A stretch of 60,619 nt of DNA, counting the filler, from Bonamia ostreae (Eukaryota): the NCBI GenBank assembly GCA_040357525.1. It is 8 parts of 8 records of this genome, joined end to end, with 100 filler letters (N's around TTAATTAATTAA, not from the genome) between each part and the next. Parts side by side here need not be neighbours in the genome. Positions count along the whole stretch, not along the records: positions 7,655 to 15,165 come from JBDODL010000078.1; positions 15,266 to 22,752 come from JBDODL010000079.1; positions 22,853 to 30,336 come from JBDODL010000080.1; 5 more parts are not named here. One strand, written 5' to 3'. Positions 10,914-22,859 of the stretch are shown piece after piece (position 1 is the stretch's first letter; every line of letters begins with the position of its first letter). Below the pieces are notes generated by a model. The model saw nothing but the letters and a program-made list of their open reading frames with translations. It did not search any database and was not told the DNA's origin. A program made the position numbers and the translations under genes.

Positions 10914-13900
10914 TTAAAAAACTATTTTTACGTCAATCTCATTCGGATAAAAACTTCTGAGCTTCAAATCCAGCACGTCCAATAACTTTATTTGTCTTTT
11001 ATCGGCCATTAATTTTTCTTCTTTGAAATAAAAATTGACTTCGTTGTTGTTTTTGAAGTTGTAACGTCTTTAAAATTTTTCAGTTTTTAGTACCCAAAAA
11101 ATATTTTGTTAATTTTCTTAATTTTTAATGCTCAAAAATATTGTTATTTTTCAAATATTCAATTTTTGTCGCTAAAAATTTTATTTTATTAACAAAAAAT
11201 TACAATAAAAACAAAATGATGTCAAATCGATAGACATAAAAATCTATTCCTTCACTGCACAATTTTGTCGCAATTCCTTTTGCCAAAACCTCTTTCTTGT
11301 TTTTTATCGAAAAGCAAAATTTCAATCTGTTAATTTCCAATTTGCAGTTTTGTCTATATTCTTCAATTTTGTTCAAATTCTCGAAGATTTTTGACAGTTC
11401 TTTTACTAATTTTTTTAAAGTTGTTTTTAATGTAAAATTTTCTTTTTAACTAATTTTTGCCAATCGACAAAATTGTTTGAAAAGCAACTTTTTAGCCATT
11501 TTTGTCTAAAATTAAGACAATCCCACAACATTTTTTGCGATACCAAATCTCCGAGTTTAATTAGCGGTCGGTCAAATCTCGTTTTTGACCATTTTAGCAA
11601 ATTATTAATTTCCGATTGTTCGCAAATTTTACTAAAACAAAAAAATTTGTCCTTTTCTTTCAAAATTTTTGCTAATTTTTCAAAAATTTTGGTTTTGACA
11701 AATTTTGATTTAAAATTTAGCCTTTTATTTAGCAATTTGCTAATATGATCTGTTTTCGTCAAATCTTGAATTTTTGGTTTTCGTCTTAACAAATCAAGTT
11801 TTTGTTTTTGAGTTTTGATCAAAAATTTATTGTTCGGAAAATTTTTGATCAAATGTTTTGTTGCTTCTTCCGAGTAAACTTTTATTAACGATTTTTGAGT
11901 TGTCTTTGATTTGCTTTTTTGGTACAAAATTTGCTTTTTTCGTTGATTTGTTTCATCCCATTTTCTCTTTTGCAAAATTTTAAAAATTATTGAAATAAAA
12001 ATTTATTGCAAAAATATCATTTAACCAAAAACTTTAATACCGCTTTGGCACTTGTCAATAGTGCCCATTTTAAACATTTCTGTTACAATTTTATAAAAAT
12101 TTTGAAGATTTTTGCAAAATTGTAAAAATTTGTTTTTTCCGATTTTCTCTTTCGACAAAATTTTGCAAAAGTTTGACCGCCACATTTTGCTCAATTTATC
12201 CGAATTTAATATTTCGTCAGCTATCTTAAACTGCAGATTAAATTGGTTTCTTTTTAAAACAATAATTAACAAATCGAAAAAATTTATCGTTTAAAGATTG
12301 AAAAAATTGCCATTTTTAAAAATTCAAAAATGTTTGTCCATTTAGACAAAACTTTACAACTGTTTCTTTTATAACCGGTTTCTTAAAAAATTGGCCGTTT
12401 GGTTTTACATACAACAAAACAGAAATGCATCTTCTCGGTTTTCCCGGTTTCAAGCTGATTTCTTTTAACAAAACATCTTCAAAAATGCTTCTTTTCTTAT
12501 TGCGTTCGTTTAAATATATCGTTTCTCCGCTAAAAATCTTTTAAAAATATCCAATTTTTTAACCAAAATTGTTTATTGCTTTCGAAATTGTTATAAAAAA
12601 ATTGTTTTTAAGAATAAAAAATTTTTATTGAAAAGAAAAAAAATCACTAAAACTGTTTTTAGAAGATTTTGTTTGTTAATTCTTACAGCAATGTTTGTAA
12701 CGTGTACCCCGATTTCAAAGTTATTTTTAATTTTTATGAATGAAAACGCCTTTTCGATGATATTATTTGAAGTAAAAGAAAAAGTCGAATAAAAGCTTTT
12801 GGTGTTTGTTTCGGCGATTTGATTTAAAGAACTGATCTGTTTTCCGAAACAATTGTTATCGATCAAAATCGCTTTTGTTTCTGCGTTAAAATCGCCTTTA
12901 AACCCAATTTTTTCGCAATAATGACAATTTGGTCTTATCGCGTTTTTGTTCCAATTTTTTTCGTATTTTACTGAATAAATTTCGTTTTCTTTAATATTTT
13001 TTAATAAACGAATGTCAATTTGATCTGTTATTGTTTCTTTGATAACAAAAGCTTCGTACATTGTTTTATTTCTTGGATGGAATATATGAAATGAACAATG
13101 CCCTTCTTCTCTTTTTAGTTGAAAATTTTCAATTTCATTATTACTAAAAAACAAAATTTCTAAAATTTGTAATTTCATTATTATCCAAAAACATTTCTTT
13201 AAAGAATCCGCAAACTTTTTTAGATCGATTTTTTGCCAAAATCTTCTTAATTTCGGCACAATTTGTTTTTGTTAATGAAGCTACTACAATATCCCCGTCA
13301 AACGCCTGGTTACAATCCTTTATGCTATCAATTTTTATTATTTCGCCTGTTTTTGTATTTCGGACTTTCGGTCTTTATAATATTCAAATACAAACTTTCG
13401 TTCACCCATTTCAAAAACGGCTTCAAACCACAAACCGTTTTTTATTTTATTTACACATTCTTTTTTGGACGCATATTTTTCGAAAATTGGGTTATCCTCC
13501 AAATTTTTTATTCTTTAAAAATGGCTATGTAAAAACGTTTTCGTTTTAATGGTGCAAAAATTGTTATTGTCAAATTGATTTTTCGAAAAATTTTTAATCG
13601 CAGTGTAAAAATATTGCCAATCATTTATAAAATTAAAGGTTTCGTCTTTAAAGATTATGTCGAAGCCGTTATTTAGCAATATTAAATCGTTTTTCTGCTT
13701 TGAGTTTTTGAAAATTTTGCGTTTTTCAAGTTTTTTAAAATTTTTCGCTGTATTTTCTGAGAGATTTTTTGTAATGTTTGAGCGAATAAGAACAAATTGG
13801 CGTAATTTTACCAAAATTTTAAATAACAAAAATTTTCTCTTAAAATTTGAAAAGAATTTTGCTAAAACTTTGGCGTTTCTTCTTGAATTGTTTTGTTTAA

Positions 13901-14288
13901 TGGATTTTAGCAAAATTTTTTTATTTGAAAAATTTTTGTCTTTTATCGTTTTGAATAAAATTAAAGTCGATAAAATTTTATTGAAAATTTTATAAGTTCC
14001 CCAATTATTATTTAAAATTTTAGTTTTATTGATATTTTCGCGATCTTTGTCTATTTTTTGGCCATTTTTACAATTTTTTAAATTAAATTTGTCGATAAGT
14101 TTTGTGTTTTTTTGATAAGATTTCTTAAAGATCTTTTTGTTGATAAATTTTGAAATATTTTTTTCGTTTCCGCCATTAAAATTTTCTTCTCTTATTTTAA
14201 TAAGCAATTTCGTTTTGTAAAATTTTGACTTTTTTGTACCTTCATTTTCGTTTTCTAATCCATTCTCGATCTCAAAAATTTTCGGCAT
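10914..14288 (-). CDS. Dis3L2/RNase II (RNB) family protein, predicted catalytically inactive
   Basis: CSD1-like PIFEKYASKKECVNKIKNG..IDSIKDCNQAFDGDIVV; RNB-like NFEIGVHVTNIA and TRFDRPLIKLGDLVSQKML; catalytic aspartates absent. Confidence 0.68.
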
Positions 14289-14589
14289 TTTAAAATAATT
14301 TTTTAAATTCGAAATTTGATACGAAAATCAACTGGAATTTCAAAAGATTCAAAAAAGACAAAAATTAAAAATACGTAATTACAACAATAACAAACAATTT
14401 AGAAAAGCAAAATAATTAAAATCCAAAAAAGATGTTATTTAAAAAACAAAAAGATAAATTTACATAATTTAAAAAACAACAATTCATAATAAAAAATTAT
14501 TCATTCCTAATTTTTAACATAAAATTTTTAGACATAATAATCGAAATTTTTAACATATATAAAATTTTATATATAAATATTAAGCTTAA

Positions 14590-15165
14590 ATGTCTGAAAA
14601 CCCGAACAAATCAAATGTAAATGGCAAAAATATGGATAAGATATGGTCGACCGAAATTTCATTTATAAATAAACTTCATCCGTTTGAATTAAAATTTTTG
14701 CATTTCGTCGACAAATCGCTCAAGAAAAAGTTAACAGACGATTTTTGTTCCAATTTTGAAAAATTTGTCTCGAATATGCCGGAAACTGCATCGTTGGAAT
14801 TTTAAAAATTTAGGTCATGTTTCGCCGACGACATTTGTTTACTACTAATGGAAAAAATTGACATCAGCGATGAAACAAACGAAAACGATAAAATTTTAAA
14901 TTTGATATCGATTTTATCAAAACGTTTTAGAATATGTAGATCTCTTAACGAGCTCTTCATATTGTACCCTTTAGCCACTTACAAAAATTTGAATCTGTCA
15001 CAAAAACTGCTAAAAACGATTTTTAGAAGCTTAAATATTAGGAATCCGCTCAAATATTGGGATTTAACGTCTCTAAGGAAACCATGTTTTTAATCATTTT
15101 CCCTTTAAGATTTTGTTAGATTTAATCAAATCTCTCCATTTTATATTTCTGTTTGTTATTTTTGG
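14590..15165 (+). CDS. Hypothetical protein, truncated at contig end
   Basis: AAGCTT motif then ATG; ORFs joinable by short GT-AG introns. Confidence 0.5.
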
Positions 15166-15419
15166 NNNNNNNNNNNNNNNNNNNNNNNNNNNNNNNNNNN
15201 NNNNNNNNNTTAATTAATTAANNNNNNNNNNNNNNNNNNNNNNNNNNNNNNNNNNNNNNNNNNNNCAAGGCTATAACAATACTAGAATCCACAGTTTTAT
15301 TTAAGCTAACTAACCTCTCTAGCTCTTGTAGCTTCTATGTTTTTACTTTAACTTCTTCCTCTTTTCCAGGATTTTACTGATTAGTAGTTTCAACTTCAGT
15401 TTCAATAACCGCAGATGCA

Positions 15420-15630
15420 CGGTCATCCCTGGCGTGCCCGCAGGTCCGCGAGACTGGCTCTGACGCGGCCCAGGATCTTGAATCTCGTCGTCAAAAAATA
15501 TCCCAGGATCTCGTCGGCCAGACAGGAAAACGCCTGCGGGGTCAGTCTGCGCCGCACCACGAGCAGCTTGGAGCCGATAGAGGAGCGCAACTGTATGCGG
15601 AAAAGGATGGTGGCGTTCTCGCGTTTTTTA
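15420..15630 (-). pseudogene. Frameshifted fragment of RNA polymerase II largest subunit (RPB1-like)
   Basis: GC-rich. Reads ENATILFRIQLRSSIGSKLLVVRRRLT, then after a frameshift QAFSCLADEILGRVRAS, matching the RPB1 ENATLLF..LRS..RL..EAFDW...EI region. Interrupted by an internal duplication. Confidence 0.65.
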
Positions 15631-16008
15631 AGATTTTGAGACGTTTAATAACATTTTTCAATTTTCAGTAAAACATTTTTTAAACTTTTGATGTTTTATA
15701 ACATTTTCGATTTTTAAGAAATGTTTTTTGGGATTTCGGCGTTTTATGAGATTTTTAATTTTAATTTTTAATCGTAAATATCAAATTTAAAAAATTTTTA
15801 ATTGTAAATATTTATGTAAAGTTTAGCGATTTGGGTAACCGGAAAAGCAATGTTTTCGCGATAAAACAATCCGTTTTTTCGGAATAGGACTGCTTCGAAT
15901 TCCAACAATTCGTCTTCTGTTAACGCTTTTCTGTTAGCGCGCAGATCGCTCTTGTTCCAAACATCAAAATTAAATTTAATTGAAATTAATATAAAGATCT
16001 TTATATCT

Positions 16009-16149
16009 CCTTCCGACAATCCGATGTAACAATTAAATTTAATCAAATCTCTCCACTTTACATAAATAGGATTTCACCGCGGAAGATCTTTATTCCTTCC
16101 GACAATCCGATATAACAATTAAATTTAATCAAATCTCTCCACTTTACAT
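16009..16149. repeat. ~55-bp direct duplication
   Basis: ccttccgacaatccgat(g/a)taacaattaaatttaatcaaatctctccactttacat occurs twice, about 86 bp apart. Confidence 0.9.
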
Positions 16150-16386
16150 TAAAAGTGGCAAATTAAACGATTAGAACATTCAAACGTTATCTTCTAATCG
16201 ACAAAATTCAAAACGCAATTTTCGAAAAAGTGAATATTTGATTGAATCGTTATTAACTAAAAAATCGGATAACAAGACGCTTTTACACAGGTTTTTTAAT
16301 TTGACAAATTTATAAAAGTGAACACATGGCCACGCGATTGGAGCTGCGGACCATGCGCAACCATTAAATTTTTTATTCAACAGATA

Positions 16387-18265
16387 TTATAATCTGTTTT
16401 TCCTTCGCGCGCCATTGATGTTCTTCTTTCTAGTTTTTTCTTTCAAAGTAATTTTTGGAAATAATAAAACTTGGCTTAAAATACGATCGCTGCTTCAACG
16501 GTAACCATCTTTCCAAATCTTCTTTCCCGATTTTTTCAATTTTTTTCTCGTTTTTTTGTTTTCTTTTTTTTGCATCTTCTTCTTCTTCCGTTTCAGTCTT
16601 TTTTCTTAAATTTGAGCTTTTGAAAAACTTTCTCGAATATGTTGTTATCGCCATTTTGTCCGAAACCCCTTTCGACAACAACTTGGTCTCACTGAAATCT
16701 TCTTTCTCCAGACCTAATTTCATCGCACAATCTTTCGCTTCATTGGCATCTTTTCATTATTAGAACTGATCAAACCGCAAAAAGAAAGAGCGAGAGCCAA
16801 CTCCGCATTCGTTTTTCTTCGTTCCGGACCACTCAACTCGAAACCCAATTTCTTTTCCAGAAACCGCGTCGCAGCTTCAAAATTTTTCATTCGCAAGCAG
16901 AACTGAACGGCATCGTCCAGAAGTCGTCTCAAATACAAAATCTTCGTTTTGCCATCCGTTTCTCCAAAGTCAGTTCCCGCGAAGCGCTTCAAAGCTCCTT
17001 CAAATTTGCCCAAAACAAATAGTTCGCCGCTTTTTCTCGAATCGACGTCTGTTTGCTCTTTCTTCACTGACTCGATTTCGGCCAGATATTTGTTCGCCAT
17101 TATCGCTTGAACTGCCGGAAGCCACACAAAGCTTTTATCGGTTTGTCGTGTGTGCTCTTTTGCAGCTTCGTCGAAATTTAGATCGGCTATTTTTTCGAGG
17201 AATTGGGCAAAATTCGATTTGTTCGAATTGGCAAAATGGAGTTCGTCTTTGTCAGAAGGTTTTTTCTTCTTTGCGACGAGGGAATCGGTCAAATGATTAT
17301 TTACGCGGATGGCTAATTTTTGGTGTTGCAACATCTTTTGTCGCGGATAAGAAAAGTTTCTCTTGGATTGAAAATATTTCGATTTTCCAAAGCTGTTTTC
17401 GAGCGCAGTTAAATTTATTTTTGCGATTTTTCTCTTTTCGGCATTTTCTTCGTCCTCGAAGAGCGTTTGCAATATTCGCTTCGCGTCTTCCGGTTTGTTT
17501 GATCCGAGATAGTTGATCGCTTTCAGGGTCAAAATCTCGAAAAGTTCCGTTTGGATTTCTCTGTTGTTCGCATTTTCGCTTTTTAGCAACTTTACCGCGT
17601 TTCGTTCCGAATCGGAAACTGTTTTCTGCGACAACTCAAAGTTCTTGTCCACAAGTGATTGTTTCAGAGCTCTGTTGTACAGGAATTCGTACTCTTTGGA
17701 ATTTGTGATGTTTTCCGAAACGTTTTCTGTTCCGAAGCGTTCTTTGTTGATAAGACTTGCGAGCAGATTTACGTCTTCTTCGTAATGTCGTTCCTGATTT
17801 TTTCGTTAAAAAACTTTGATTTGTTCGTAAAGACGCGCTGCGCCCGCAAAGTTGCCTTTTTTGTATTGCTAAACGTCGAAGCAATTAAAAACGATTTGCG
17901 CGAGCAGATTTTTCATGTTTCGGGGCGATCTTTTAGGATCCGTTTGAAGTATTTTTTTCAAATTTTGGTTGGAATCGTCCAGTTTATCAAGTCGGTAATG
18001 GCAATAAGCGTATTCAAAAGGGAACTTTTCGGGATGTGCCAAATCTTTGATGGCCTCGTCGAATTTTCCCAGATGAATGCTGCAGATTATTTTAATTTTT
18101 TGGAAGAGTTGTTTCTTCTGTGTGTCGATTTTGGCTGTTGATAAAACTTGGTTGTAATAAAAAGGAACGCATGTTGCAGATTTTGGTGATCGCCTTGTAA
18201 TTTCGTTGCTCAATTAAAGTCAATAGTTTTTGCTGCGTCTTTTCGGTTAATGTCGTTGCTGTCAT
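16387..18265 (-). CDS. SRP72: Signal recognition particle subunit SRP72
   Basis: TPR N-terminus FEYAYCHYRL..LLAQI; C-terminal DLERWLPLKQRSYFKP; five short introns. Confidence 0.88.
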
Positions 18266-18527
18266 TATAGACAGAGCTTAATTTATATTAGGTATCCTAA
18301 TTTTTACTGCACATTTAGCTTTTTGGAGTTGATCAAGATTTAAAATTTTTTAGTTAATCAAATTTTTGGTTTAACTTCTGTAATCGGTAAAATGTTTGAA
18401 AGTGCCGATTTTAATAATTGTCTGAAAATTAGTGAAAAGTATATTGGTTCCTGAATTCCAAAATGGCTTCACAAGAAATCCATAAAACTTTAAAAAAGTT
18501 TAAATCGTCAAAGGCGACTTAGATTAT

Positions 18528-18875
18528 TTAATAAAGAAATTGGATGCAGTGCAGCATAGTTGTCTTACAAATAATGCAAAAATAGTGAAAAGTTTCATTG
18601 ATGTTCCTCTTGGAAAGACTAGGCGATAGAAGAATTGTTGCATTTGATATTTTACAGATGTAGAATCTCATCGTTACATTTTGACATGTCAACAATGTAT
18701 GCACATTTAATCTTGATGCGATTTCCAAAACAGTTTTGGGATCAATTTCCACGTTTCCGTCTTGTAAATTTTGTAACGCGGATATTTCTTCAACGCCAAT
18801 TCTTCTGTTATCTGTATTGATTTCTGAAACACCAAAACATACACGACAATTCCGACCAATGACCAGTTTATCCAA
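18528..18875 (-). CDS. Orphan ORF (possibly degenerate or fused to the upstream DUF1295 gene)
   Basis: 115-codon open frame with no ATG start and no recognisable motif. Confidence 0.25.
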   Translation of the reverse strand: MDKLVIGRNCRVCFGVSEINTDNRRIGVEEISALQNLQDGNVEIDPKTVLEIASRLNVHTLLTCQNVTMRFYICKISNATILLSPSLSKRNINETFHYFCIICKTTMLHCIQFLY

Positions 18876-18932
18876 TTCGATTCTTTTAAATTCCAGGATT
18901 TAATAATTTCTTGTCAAATTTACGCTCCGATT

Positions 18933-19766
18933 TCAATCTAGACTATAAAAACCATTTTTGATTGAAAAAAAGTACAACAAAAGATAGACCATTATGTCGC
19001 AGAAGTAATTTGGATGCCGACAGAATCGGAAAAGACCAGTCGAGATAAAATCGAGCTTTTTATCTTTTTTCTTTTTCTGCTGGAAATTCCATTGTTGCCA
19101 ATCGGCAGCGCCTTCCCCGATTACAGATAACAAAATCGAAAGACAAATAATGCAATCGAAAAAATTAAGCGGATCGCTTTCTCTGTTTATCGAAACGTAA
19201 TGAACGGGAAGAATCATCAAAACCAAAAGGATGTTTTGGAATATCGCAATAAAGAAAAGATTAAACAACTTAAATTTACCAAATTATTAAACTGTCCATC
19301 TATCAAATTAAATTTAGCCGCAATTTTAACCTGGAAACGCATCGGCGACATGCCATTCTTAATACTGATCCAGCGATAGTCGTCATACGCCGAAAAATTG
19401 TACACTCCTTTTATATAAAAATACGCAAATAGTCTCAATCCCCAAAAAGTAAGCACTGCTGCCATTAAAACCAGTCTGGGATCACTCAAATCCGGCGGAA
19501 ACGGGTCTAAGTTTTGAAACAAATCAACCAACGATAATCCAAGAATACACTGCTGGCAAAATTGGCCATAACCTATCCATAAAGGTGTAATTATCAGTCA
19601 CAAGACTCAGCGCCCAAACCACAAAAGCGACGATGCCGGCAAACTTTAAAACACGGTCAAAAGGAGCTTGGATGAATCTGGTCAAATTCGACATTTGGGA
19701 GGCGAAGAAACGGAAGGCGTTTTCCGTTGAAAACGACTCCCTTATAATAGCATAAAACAAGTGCAT
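18933..19766 (-). CDS. DUF1295 / steroid 5-alpha-reductase-like membrane protein, C-terminally truncated
   Basis: NYTFMDRLWPILP, WGLRL, DYRW, FNLFFIAIFQN, ADWQQWNFQ, TGLFRFCRHPNYF; two introns. Confidence 0.85.
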
Positions 19767-20281
19767 TAAAGCTTTATGATATTATTTAATGTTGCACAAT
19801 TTACAGCCCTGCATCAAATTTAGAGGGAGGGTCTCGGTTTGTGCGTTTTTGTCGCATATTGCTTTATTCTGTAATGCGTCGACATTAATGCTAAATAATA
19901 AAGTTAATTTAAAGGATGCGAGCAAGAATATAAATAATTCAAATTTTGATTTAATATACAAAAATTAAAATGTCGCAACATTTCAAATATAATTTTTGAT
20001 CAAATATAAATTAATTAAAAACTACAATAAAACTAAAAATGATGAATGTTTAAAAAAATAAAAATCAAAACAAGAATAATGGTAAATATGCGAAAAATAC
20101 AAATTTAAACGATGTATTTAAATTAAACAAAAGAATTAATAAAAGTAAACATCAAGTTGTAGGAATTAAATCTATTAATATAATAATTAGTAGAGAATTT
20201 TTGTGAATTTTTCTCCAACTGTGGTAAATAAATTCGCATTAATATTAACGAAGACAACAACTACAAAATAACGAAGTGAGT

Positions 20282-20590
20282 AATTATTTAAACGCCGAAA
20301 TATCAGAAAAAGAAATAATTTGTATTATTGACAAAATGAATATCAAAAAAGCGGAAAGATTGGACAAAATTTCACCTTTCATGGTAAAATTCGGCAAAAA
20401 AGGTTGTTAAAATGTTAAAATCATTTTTTAATTATGTATTTGAACTGGGCCAAACGATTTGAAGTACTAATTACGCCAATTACAAAATGTAAAAATTCAA
20501 TTGTACCTGTTGAAATGATTAGACCAATTAGTTTAAAGTCAGTTATTGATAAAATATTTGAAAGTATTATAAATAATCGTACTAAAAGTT
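20282..20590 (+). mobile_element. Decayed non-LTR (LINE) reverse transcriptase fragment
   Basis: EISEKEIICIIDKMNIKKAERLDKI..FFNYVFELG..ITPITK..IRPISLKSVIDKIFESIINNR, with frameshifts and stops, matches the LINE RT YRPISLL..K.FE motif. Confidence 0.85.
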
Positions 20591-20857
20591 AGTCTTCATA
20601 CCAACATAAGTTACAAAAGAGGAGGATGAACTATGCTTTAATGGCAATAGACAAGAATTCAAATGAGAATACATTTAAAATGGAAGAGGATTTAATGGTA
20701 CTTATTTAATTTGTTCCAAATAAAAATATTTTTTAGGTTAATTCTTAGATTTGAACCGTTTCAAGTTTGGAAAAATCTCCAAAAACATCAACTAAAATAA
20801 TTCAGTCAAAATTTAGCCAAATATTTGATAAAAAATAAAGCTTTAATAAATAAGCTA

Positions 20858-21899
20858 ATGGCAGCAAAAAAATTCATCGAAAAAGCATTTTTAGCTTCTG
20901 CAATGGCAAGTGGGTTGGCATTCTCTTGGCGCCATTCAAACTTCCTTTTGAAGGACAAAACAACAACTTCTGAAGAGAAAAAGTATTTCCAGCCAAATTC
21001 AGCGGAAGATTGGATAAACGAAGATTTGAAAACGGGCGACATTGTTTTATTTAGAAGACGGCTTTCAATTTTTCGGCCCTACAAATCGCTTCTCTGCCTC
21101 GCGACTCGACGGGCGCTTGCGGGCGATTTCGACCATGTCGGCGTTGTTGTAACGGATCCAGACAGACGAATACCCTTTGTTTTGGAAAACGGGTTGAACG
21201 GAATATCGGTAACTGCGAAATAACATAAAAGTACACTTCCTTCGAAGACCGAGTAATGGACTCGGACGACAAAGACATCGCAGTGCGCTTTTTGGCTCGG
21301 AAGGAAATTAGTGAAGTTCTAGGGGAAAAACTGCACAGTTTCGTGAAGCGACAAACGGGGAAAAAAGTGCCATCCGACAAAAACGAAAAGCCGAAATTGT
21401 CCGAAAAGGCTGATTTTGGAAGACGAAAAGACGATTTTTTCAGTCTTCTGAAAGCCACCCCCGAAAAAGTCGACCCCGACTTTACGCTGTTTCACGGTCT
21501 GTGCGTCATCGAAAGCACGAAGAAACTGAAGAAAGCCATCGTGGCGTCTGAAGTGCTCGGGAGGCAGTCTCCGGAACTGGATGAACAAATCGCAAACGCC
21601 GAAAAAGTCATCGAGAGACACAACAAAACGCTCTCCGAGTCGAAAAAACGATATGAAATGGAGCAGAACCGCCCTCAATATTGTTCAGCCTGTTTCCTTT
21701 AAATCAATGTAAAGCTTTGGTAGCAAAAACGTTGCAAATTCTAGAATTGCTGCCGAGCAACATCAGAGCAGAGTGCTACAGCCCGGATTCCTTCAACGAA
21801 ATCGAAATCAGAGGATATTCGCAACTGAAAAATGCGTGTCTTCCGCTGAAAAACGGTGCACGGCTAAATTCTGTCATGTTTTTTAAGGATGTGAAGTAA
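20858..21899 (+). CDS. Permuted NlpC/P60 (YiiX/YebB-like) papain-fold enzyme
   Basis: LKTGDIVLF, FDHVGVVV, and C-terminal YCSASLVAKTL..YSPDSF. Introns 21209-21231 and ~21692-21714. Confidence 0.72.
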
Positions 21900-22274
21900 A
21901 TAAGCATTAAAGAAGTGTAGATAAATTTTGGTTGGTCTACTATTGCGATGAACAACATTGTAAATGGAATTCAAAAATAAAACAACTTATTCAAAGTAGA
22001 TATTAAATGCCAAAAGTCGTTAAGATGATGTCCTTGTCTGGTTTAACGTCTTGTTTGATATTAAATGACAAAGGACGCAAAAATGTCAAAACACAGTTTT
22101 CTTGATTTTCTTGGTTAAACAGAACAAAGTTCCTATATTTTTAAAGGAATTTTTGTTTATCCAAGTTTCTGTATTGCTGTTATACCCAATGAATTATCAA
22201 AGGCATATTTATTTGCGAAACTTCTTCGATGAGCAAATTCTTTTCAATAAAAATCAATGTCAAATTCTTCAATG

Positions 22275-22349
22275 GGCGCGATGGCTCAGTGGTTCGGACT
22301 AAGTGTATACGCATTCTTGCATGCAAGGGTTCGAATCTCGGTGCTGTCG
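22275..22349 (+). other. tRNA-derived Pol III element (pseudo-tRNA or SINE head)
   Basis: A box TGGCTCAGTGG (22282-22292) and B box GGTTCGAATC (22328-22337) at tRNA spacing, but the stems are degenerate. Confidence 0.6.
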
Positions 22350-22859
22350 TTTCCAACCTGACGACAAGACGGGAGACGTAGTTTTATATGAAATCCCAAT
22401 TTGACTGAAGTTGTCTCTAAAAACTTCGACCTTGAATGTCTGCACTTTGTTTTAGGTTGCCTCTAAAAAATCAGGTCGGGACCGTGGGCCCCAAATTCCA
22501 AACTTGATCTTAACTCCGATTTTTTACTTCTTTTAGAACTGTCATTTTGAGATCAAAGTTGATTTTAATATTTTTAATATATCAAAACCAATTTTTTGCT
22601 CAAAATTTCGCAGAACTAACGAAAAATCAAAATCGTCAGCGTTAATTTTGCAGATTTTTGGATCTTTTCTTTAAAATAAGATTTATAATTTTTGTAGAAT
22701 TGAAAAGTCTCATTAATTTAATATACTCACTGTAAATACAGCGATAAGAATGNNNNNNNNNNNNNNNNNNNNNNNNNNNNNNNNNNNNNNNNNNNNTTAA
22801 TTAATTAANNNNNNNNNNNNNNNNNNNNNNNNNNNNNNNNNNNNNNNNNNNNTTTTATA

